From Candidatus Saccharimonadota bacterium (GTDB lineage Archaea > Nanobdellota > Nanobdellia > Pacearchaeales > GW2011-AR1): DNA of 32,000 nucleotides. Numbering within the stretch: position 1 is the first letter of the stretch; each line of letters starts with the position of its first letter. The position numbers and the translations under genes are program-made. A model generated the notes under the pieces. It saw only the letters and a list, made by a program, of their open reading frames with translations. It was not told the origin of the DNA and made no database searches. Location: the NCBI GenBank assembly GCA_017609205.1, contig JAFCEL010000001.1:330001-362000 (forward strand), given 5' to 3'. Below are positions 26,048 through 32,000 of the stretch, piece by piece.

Positions 26048-26266
26048 ATGGAAGAAGCAAAATATTATCTTCCAGAGATTCTTACAAGACTCATCAGAGA
26101 GGGTTTTGAGGTGAGAAACCGTTATGAAACAGCTAAAAGAGGGAAAGGTGTTTTGACTTTATGCGAAGCAGAAGAGGATTTTATTTATTGGAAGGAGAGG
26201 ATGCACAAAGTCTATGAAATGCTGGGCTGGGATTCTAAATTAGTTGATTTTTTGGTTAATAATTGA
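26048..26266 (+). CDS. Hypothetical small protein
   Basis: 72-aa ORF with balanced composition and no motif recognised. Confidence 0.4.
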   Translation: MEEAKYYLPEILTRLIREGFEVRNRYETAKRGKGVLTLCEAEEDFIYWKERMHKVYEMLGWDSKLVDFLVNN

Positions 26267-26318
26267 TTATTGTTTCCGAGACTATAAATTCTTATAAAGT
26301 CAGGAGATTTTGAAGTTT

Positions 26319-27341
26319 ATGGTTGCAAAAAAGGAAGCTGAGGAGATTAAAAAGGCTATTTCTGGAGAAGAAAAAAGTATGAAGAAGAAAGGAAATAAAG
26401 AACCCCAATTAACTGATTTGCCAGGAATTGGTCCTGCTGTTGCGGCTAAATTAGAAAATGCAGGTGTTTTTGATATGATGGGTCTGGCTGTGATGAGTCC
26501 TTCTGTTTTGAGTGATGCTGCAGGTGTAAGTTCTGCTGTTGCGAGAAAAGCAATTCAGGCAGCGAGGGATATGCTTGATTTGGGATTTACTGATGGGATG
26601 GAATTCGCGAAGAAAAGAGAGAATATTAATTATATTACAACTGGAAGTAAAAATTTAAATGAACTTCTTGGGGGAAGAGGGGTTGAAAGTAGATCCATCA
26701 CAGAAGCATTTGGTGCTTATGGTTCAGGTAAGACTCAACTTGGTTTAACACTTTCTGTTAATGTTCAACTTCCTGTGGAAAAAGGCGGTGTTTCTGGAAA
26801 ATGTGTTTTTATAGATACAGAGGGAACTTTTAGGCCCCAGAGAATAAGACAAATTGCAGAGGGTATTGGGGCAAATCCTGAGAAGGTTTTAAAGAATATC
26901 TTTGTCGCAAGAGCATTTAATTCAGACCATCAGATTTTGTTATTAGAGAAAGTTGGAGAGATGATAAGGAATGGGGAGCCAATTAAATTGATGGTTGTTG
27001 ATTCTTTAACTGCGCATTTTAGAGCAGAATTTTCAGGACGCGGGCAACTCGCAGACCGGCAACAGAAATTAAATCGTTATATGCATGATTTAATGAAACT
27101 TGCAGAAACGCATAATCTTGCAGTTTATGTTACTAATCAAGTTATGGCAAATCCTGCACAATTGTTTGGTGATCCAACAACTGCAATAGGTGGAAACATT
27201 GTTGGACACGCTTCGACGTATAGAATATATCTTCGAAGAGGAAAACAAGGTTCAAGAGTCGCAAAATTAATTGATTCGCCAAATCTTCCTGACAATGAAG
27301 CTATATTTTGGGTTACAGATAGTGGTATTGTTGATGGGTGA
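26319..27341 (+). CDS. radA: DNA repair and recombination protein RadA
   Basis: N-terminal HhH (LTDLPGIGPAVAAKLENAGV), Walker A GAYGSGKTQ, Walker B LMVVDSLTAHFR and NQV...GGNIVGHAS. ATG 26319 follows the TATA-like ctataaat at 26282-26289. The track starts at TTG 26310. Confidence 0.95.
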   Translation: MVAKKEAEEIKKAISGEEKSMKKKGNKEPQLTDLPGIGPAVAAKLENAGVFDMMGLAVMSPSVLSDAAGVSSAVARKAIQAARDMLDLGFTDGMEFAKKRENINYITTGSKNLNELLGGRGVESRSITEAFGAYGSGKTQLGLTLSVNVQLPVEKGGVSGKCVFIDTEGTFRPQRIRQIAEGIGANPEKVLKNIFVARAFNSDHQILLLEKVGEMIRNGEPIKLMVVDSLTAHFRAEFSGRGQLADRQQKLNRYMHDLMKLAETHNLAVYVTNQVMANPAQLFGDPTTAIGGNIVGHASTYRIYLRRGKQGSRVAKLIDSPNLPDNEAIFWVTDSGIVDG

Positions 27342-27357
27342 TTTTCTTGAAACACAA

Positions 27358-27846
27358 TTACATGAAAAAATCCTGGATTGTTTTATAGGAGTGTAATTCT
27401 TTTTCATTGAACCATAACTTTATCTCATGTTTTGCATCTTTTTCATCGCTTGAAGCATGGATTATATTTTTGACAGGTATGTTTTTTGCGTCAGCATAAG
27501 CAAAACTTACATGAGCGAAATCTCCCCTAATTGTTCCTGGTGGTGCAGATTTTGGTTCTGTTCCTCCGACGATTTTTCGCACATTTTCAATGGCATTAAC
27601 TCCTTCTAGGGCTATTGCAATAACAGGCCCTTCTATTATATAGTTAAGTAATTGCTCTCTTACTTTTTCCCCTCTTCTTTCTGCAATATCTTCGGTGTAG
27701 TGTTTCTTAGCAAACTCTTTATCTACCCAGACTTGTTTCATACCGACGATTTTTAAACCAGCATCTTCAAATCTAGATATAATCTTTCCAACTAAGTGCC
27801 TTTGGACTCCTTCGGGTTTGATTAAAACTAATGTTCTTTCTTGCAT
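27358..27846 (-). CDS. ndk: Nucleoside diphosphate kinase
   Basis: ERTLVLIKPEGVQRHLVGKIISRFE, GTIRGDF and NIIHASSD (active-site His) motifs. Confidence 0.9.
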   Translation of the reverse strand: MQERTLVLIKPEGVQRHLVGKIISRFEDAGLKIVGMKQVWVDKEFAKKHYTEDIAERRGEKVREQLLNYIIEGPVIAIALEGVNAIENVRKIVGGTEPKSAPPGTIRGDFAHVSFAYADAKNIPVKNIIHASSDEKDAKHEIKLWFNEKELHSYKTIQDFFM

Positions 27847-27895
27847 AATTGATTTTGTTCTGTTTTCTTTATAAAATTTGTTATTTTTTCCTTAG

Positions 27896-27911
27896 AAAAA
27901 CATTTATAAAT
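27896..27911 (+). promoter_or_regulatory. BRE/TATA-like promoter element of the giant ORF (aaaaacatttataaat)
   Basis: A purine-rich stretch followed by tttataaa, about 29 nt upstream of GTG 27939. An identical 16-mer occurs at 18042-18057. Confidence 0.5.
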
Positions 27912-27938
27912 GGGTTTTTATTAAATAAAATAATAAAA

Positions 27939-30900
27939 GTGGTGATAAGAAATAAAGAATTAGCTTTATTGGTTTTTGTTTTATTCTCTTTTCTCGCTTT
28001 TGTTATAAATTCTGTTTCTGCTGAATGGGTGGATTGTTGGCAATACGGACCAATGGATGCAAATGATCCTAATGTTTGTTCTTCTAATGGTTGTATTGTA
28101 ACCTCTTTAACAGGAAGTGTGGATAGTTCTTATGGTTATACTGGGGAAGTTGTTCAGGATTTGTGGTGTGGAACTGATATGTCTTATTGTTGTCTTCCAA
28201 AAGAATGTTGGCTTTGGGATGAGACGAATCAAACTCTTTGTGAAGAGAATGATGGTACATTAAACTGTACTTGGAATGGTTTTCCTTCAACTATGTATCT
28301 TCCAAATGGTTCTGAATATACAATGAATGGAACTTGTAATATGGATTGGGATTCTATGGGAGAAGATATCTGGGGAGGTGTTTCTGATGGTTGTTGGCAG
28401 TATGATGGAGATAAGCAGCAGTGTATAAGTAATTATCAGAAGTGTGAATGGAAACCGAATGATGCAAATCAGAATCCTTGGTGTTGGATAAAAAATTTAC
28501 AAGATGCACAAGCTCAGAATCCTCTTGCTGATTCTGATGATATTGGTTGTTGTGATATGAAGGGTTGCTGGAGTTATGATGGAAATGAGACAAGATGTCT
28601 GACAGACCCAAGCTTTGCAGGACTTTGCACTTTTGTGAATAAAACGGATGATCCTTGGTGTCCAGATCCTGTTGGCTGTTGCTATACCAAAAGCTGTTCA
28701 GAAGTGGGAAGTAATCAGACACTTTGTAATTTACTTAAAAAACAAATGATGATGCCTTGTGAATTTAATGCTACTGGAGATGGTACATGCGGTGATTTTG
28801 GTGGAAGTGGTGGGGGTTTTGCATTTTTTAATGATACTGATTCATGTATGCAGCAAGGAGGATGGTATGATATTAATGGAAATTGCATGATGCCTAATAT
28901 GACTGATGTTGGTGGTGCTTTTATGTTTGGAGGCGAGGCACATTGTTGGTTTGCAGATAATCAGCCATTTGTTTGTGGGAATATAACTGGCTGTGTTTAT
29001 TGTGTTGCTGGAAGCGGACCAAATGGGGTTGAAAATTGTACTGATGGAGATGGTAATGGTTATTCAGATAATATCTGCTGCGGTAAGCAAGTTGGATTTT
29101 GTGAGGGCCATAATTTTTGGGACAATGAAATGAATTATTCAAATTCTGATGACTCAACAAATCTTAATTGCACTCATATTAAAATTAAAAGCGCGTGCAA
29201 ATACGGACCACTTCCAAATTGTATATGGAGTAATTCAACTGCTTTAATAGGTGAATATTGTAATCCTGGAACAAGTACAGAAGCAAAAGATGCCCCTCCT
29301 GTCCCTTTTTGTGAGCATCCTGATGCAAAGAATAATGAGACAATGTGTAATAATCTGGCTATTAATTATATGATGCCTTGTAAGTGGTATGAGAATTATA
29401 CAAATGTTAATGGAGTTATGGTAGTTAATTGTTCTTTTAATCCTAATGCTGTTTTTGGTTCTGAATCCAATGCTGAAAAAGATTTCTTGGTTATTAATTC
29501 AGAATATTCCTGTATTGCTGCAGGAGGAACCTGGCAGACGTCTTATTATATTGAGAATAATATCTTGAAGCAGGATTCTTGGTGTGAAAAAGGTGCGTTA
29601 TTTGATCCTCTTGCAGGACAGGCCGCAGGAAATAAAGGAAATTGTGATATGGATTGTTGGGCTTGCGAATTCAGGTATAATGGAAGTAGGTGGGATAATG
29701 CAACCCAGGCAGAGAGTGCCTGTGTTGGTTCTGCATTGGGTTATTGTCGTTGGACAAATGATACAAATGCTCCAAATCAGCAAGGATGGTGTGATTATCC
29801 TCAAGAAATGACTTATGGGGCAGGAGATTGCAATATTAATTGTAAAGATTGTGATTTGAAGTTAGATGCATATGATGCTTGTATTAATAGTCAGGCAGAA
29901 TGTAAATGGGTAAATAATACTAACTCGAATGGAGAGTTTTTATCAACGGGTTATTGTGTATCCAAAGATAAGAAAACTTGTTTAGATGATTGTTTTTCTT
30001 GTTATAGTGAGAATGATTGTTTTGCTTCAACATTAGACTGCTTATGGGATACAACAGCTAAATTATGTAAGCCAAATAGCTTTTCAGGAGAAATTTGTTT
30101 TGATGCAGTAGATAATGATAATGATGGGTTTACTGATTGTGCAGATCCTGATTGTTCTTTTGATAATGCATGTGGAGGAAATAATTTTGCTGATTGTATG
30201 TCCATAACAAATGCCACGGTGTGTAATGCAACTGTTGCATTTGGAAATCTGAATTGTACATGGTATAATTTTACTTGGGAACCTGAAGGACATTGTGGAA
30301 TGCCTGGAGAAGATTGTTGGCAGTATGACGGAGACCCTGCAACATGTGGAGCAACACCTGGTTGCACAAACGAGTCTTCATTTGGAGGGTCAAGTGGTTT
30401 TTGTGATATTAATACTACACAAATGGATAATGCTCAGTGCTGGCAATATGGAGATAATGAAACTTATTGTTCTGCTCAGGCAAATTGTGGTTGGGTTAAT
30501 GATTCATGGTGTACTGAGCATCCAGAGGATTCATGGTGTGCTACTGGACCAGGTGGATGGTGTGATTATAAACTATTTGCTGATTGTCGTGCACTTGATG
30601 GAAACCAAACAGGGTGTGGGTTGAATCCCAATTGTACATGGCATCAAGACGAATGGATGGATACTGGTTTTTGTGATCCTGCTTGTTTTGATTGGACATT
30701 GAATTCAACAACTTGTGTACAAGGAAATTTATCAGGAATTTGTGAGTGGAGGGATTCTTCTGATATGTGCATGCCTTCGACATTTGATATTATGGCAGGA
30801 GGTTCTGGAGGTAAAATTGGTTGTCCTCAATATGATGGAAATATGACTGGATGTCAACTAAAGAATATTACATGTGTTTGGGTTAATGATTCAAATGTGG

Positions 30901-32000
30901 ATAATAGAGTCACTACTAATGTTGCTGGGCAAAATATTTCTGGTTGGTGTAATGATAAGGGAACTTATGAAATGGTTGGGGATATGAAAGGAGAACCAAT
31001 AATGTTGGGAATGGATTCGGGAAATATGATGGGTGGTGCAGAATCAGGTGTTGTTGGATGGGCTGATATAAAGGGATTTGGATTAAGAGTAACAGACAAG
31101 TCTTATGGTTTTGGTGTTGGTATTTATAATCTGACTGATGGCGCTGTTTGTAATGGATACCAAATGAAGTTCGCTGAGCTGGGGGTTGATGGGGCTACTG
31201 GTGCAGGGCAGAATATTACAAAGATGAGGTGGTATTTGGATACTGATGGAGATTCTTCTTTTGGAAGCCATTGCGGAGCTACTGACTCAAATGGTGCTTC
31301 CTGTGATTCGAGCTCGTCCAATTTATGCAATTATGAATTTTATATAGATTATATGGTGAGAAACAATACAAATACAGGGAATATAGAAACGACAAAGAAA
31401 TTATATTATTGTGTTATGAATGGAAGTACAGGATGGCAATGGGCACCTACAAATGTTTTTGTTACAGATGATAAGAAATTTACATGCTGGGATTCTGGTA
31501 TGGGGGCTCTTCTTGTAAGCATTGAAAAAGAAGCTTTTGAAAATTTTGCTTTATTTGATATTACACAACCAATGAGGATTTTTGTGGTAAGCTTTGATGG
31601 ACCTGGAAGTGGAGATGGTGCAGATGAATTAGGACCTTCATATTATACTCCTGGAACAATTGATTTTGGATTTGTAGATTGCTCTGACCCGAATACAAAA
31701 GACCCTAAATGTAAAAATTTCCAGAAATTTGGAACACAGGTTTTTGAGGATTGCAAGAATGGATATGACGATGATTCAGATGGTTATGCTGATTGTGCTG
31801 ATGCTAAATGCACTTTTACTCCTGTTTGTGCGTCAGGAACAGCTTTTAACTGGACATCTCAGTGCTCGTCCGACTATAAAGCTCCTGTTGTTGTATTTAC
31901 AAATGTAGATAAAATGGCTGATTCTGCAATTATTCAATATGATACTGATGAGCCAGCAAATGGAAGTTTGATTTGGTATAATACAAGTTCGACATGTGAG
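27939..32000 (+). CDS. Giant secreted Cys/Trp/Asn-rich repeat surface protein (putative glycosylated adhesin or S-layer-like), 3' partial; absent from the ORF track
   Basis: I translated frame 3 codon by codon from 27939 to 32000: 1,354 codons with no stop, and the last codon ends exactly at the window edge. The frame opens at 27849 (TAA at 27846-27848). GTG 27939 (or 27942) gives MVIRNKELALLVFVLFSFLAFVINSVSA|EW, a textbook Sec signal peptide. The first in-frame ATG (28053) lies beyond it. TATA-like tttataaa at 27903-27910. Confidence 0.85.
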   Translation, partial: MVIRNKELALLVFVLFSFLAFVINSVSAEWVDCWQYGPMDANDPNVCSSNGCIVTSLTGSVDSSYGYTGEVVQDLWCGTDMSYCCLPKECWLWDETNQTLCEENDGTLNCTWNGFPSTMYLPNGSEYTMNGTCNMDWDSMGEDIWGGVSDGCWQYDGDKQQCISNYQKCEWKPNDANQNPWCWIKNLQDAQAQNPLADSDDIGCCDMKGCWSYDGNETRCLTDPSFAGLCTFVNKTDDPWCPDPVGCCYTKSCSEVGSNQTLCNLLKKQMMMPCEFNATGDGTCGDFGGSGGGFAFFNDTDSCMQQGGWYDINGNCMMPNMTDVGGAFMFGGEAHCWFADNQPFVCGNITGCVYCVAGSGPNGVENCTDGDGNGYSDNICCGKQVGFCEGHNFWDNEMNYSNSDDSTNLNCTHIKIKSACKYGPLPNCIWSNSTALIGEYCNPGTSTEAKDAPPVPFCEHPDAKNNETMCNNLAINYMMPCKWYENYTNVNGVMVVNCSFNPNAVFGSESNAEKDFLVINSEYSCIAAGGTWQTSYYIENNILKQDSWCEKGALFDPLAGQAAGNKGNCDMDCWACEFRYNGSRWDNATQAESACVGSALGYCRWTNDTNAPNQQGWCDYPQEMTYGAGDCNINCKDCDLKLDAYDACINSQAECKWVNNTNSNGEFLSTGYCVSKDKKTCLDDCFSCYSENDCFASTLDCLWDTTAKLCKPNSFSGEICFDAVDNDNDGFTDCADPDCSFDNACGGNNFADCMSITNATVCNATVAFGNLNCTWYNFTWEPEGHCGMPGEDCWQYDGDPATCGATPGCTNESSFGGSSGFCDINTTQMDNAQCWQYGDNETYCSAQANCGWVNDSWCTEHPEDSWCATGPGGWCDYKLFADCRALDGNQTGCGLNPNCTWHQDEWMDTGFCDPACFDWTLNSTTCVQGNLSGICEWRDSSDMCMPSTFDIMAGGSGGKIGCPQYDGNMTGCQLKNITCVWVNDSNVDNRVTTNVAGQNISGWCNDKGTYEMVGDMKGEPIMLGMDSGNMMGGAESGVVGWADIKGFGLRVTDKSYGFGVGIYNLTDGAVCNGYQMKFAELGVDGATGAGQNITKMRWYLDTDGDSSFGSHCGATDSNGASCDSSSSNLCNYEFYIDYMVRNNTNTGNIETTKKLYYCVMNGSTGWQWAPTNVFVTDDKKFTCWDSGMGALLVSIEKEAFENFALFDITQPMRIFVVSFDGPGSGDGADELGPSYYTPGTIDFGFVDCSDPNTKDPKCKNFQKFGTQVFEDCKNGYDDDSDGYADCADAKCTFTPVCASGTAFNWTSQCSSDYKAPVVVFTNVDKMADSAIIQYDTDEPANGSLIWYNTSSTCE

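Noticed and set aside
24158-26318. TTG-extended starts proposed by the track for the RPA (24158), YdjM-like (25546) and RadA (26310) genes
   Set aside because: The extensions add non-conserved-looking residues and would place the TATA-like boxes inside the coding region. Internal ATGs at 24200, 25561 and 26319 fit the promoter spacing. This remains uncertain without TSS data.
29584-30624. Plus-strand ORFs 29584-29811 and 30295-30624
   Set aside because: They are off-frame overlaps of the giant ORF (a different + frame), short, and with odd V/I/Q/G-rich composition.
28084-31330. Series of 60-122 aa minus-strand ORFs in the track (28084-28290, 28354-28722, 28921-29160, 29598-29804, 30002-30367, 30084-30293, 30541-30783, 31083-31271, 31124-31330)
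   Set aside because: All lie antisense to the uninterrupted 1,354-codon + strand frame. Their H/Q/N/P-rich composition is what the reverse complement of Cys/Trp/Asp/Gly-rich coding sequence produces. They have no promoters or signal features of their own.
1-32000. tRNA, rRNA, CRISPR arrays, transposases or integrases
   Set aside because: The intergenic spacers are short (mostly under 110 nt) and uniformly AT-rich, with no GC-rich structured islands. I saw no spaced direct repeats of CRISPR type and no ORF with recombinase or transposase motifs.
1-32000. Bacterial (CPR) origin of the contig, suggested by the SLT domain and the beta-helix protein
   Set aside because: RadA, aEF-1beta, RPA with a zinc ribbon, Hef/XPF, an A24 FlaK-type peptidase and TATA-box promoter geometry are distributed across the whole window. 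All are archaeal, so chimerism is not suggested by the sequence itself.

Overview
AT-rich (roughly one-third GC by eye), very gene-dense window with short intergenic spacers and many ATGA start/stop overlaps. It is archaeal: RadA recombinase, aEF-1beta, RPA-type ssDNA-binding protein, Hef-type helicase plus an ERCC4/XPF nuclease, and TATA-like boxes about 20-30 nt upstream of most start codons. The compactness and composition suggest a small-genome DPANN-type archaeon (inference only).

Three blocks stand out.

(1) 8737-19739 is a tightly coupled type IV pilus-like operon. It encodes a FlaI/PilB-family ATPase, a FlaJ/PilC-like polytopic membrane protein and ten consecutive proteins with class III (prepilin-like) N-termini, closed by an A24 prepilin peptidase. 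Two of the ten are 42-54 aa mini-ORFs missing from the ORF track. One carries a lytic transglycosylase domain and one is Cys-rich.

(2) 27939-32000 is a single + strand reading frame, open for all 1,354 codons to the window edge, that the ORF track does not list. It starts at GTG and has a clean Sec signal peptide. By hand count it has about 108 Cys and about 45 N-x-S/T sequons. It contains about 17 copies of a degenerate C-W-x-Y-D-G ... C ... C-x-W module, two Asp-rich Cys-flanked motifs and an FN3-like start at the edge. I read it as a giant glycosylated surface protein or adhesin.

(3) 20667-23796 holds four divergently arranged membrane-protein genes with signal peptides. Three are clear paralogues and the fourth is similar in architecture only. 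A related tandem pair lies at 6541-7604.

Housekeeping genes fill the rest: an arginase-family ureohydrolase, 2H phosphoesterase, PRC-barrel protein, HIT-like protein and NDK. I saw no rRNA, tRNA, CRISPR or obvious mobile element.
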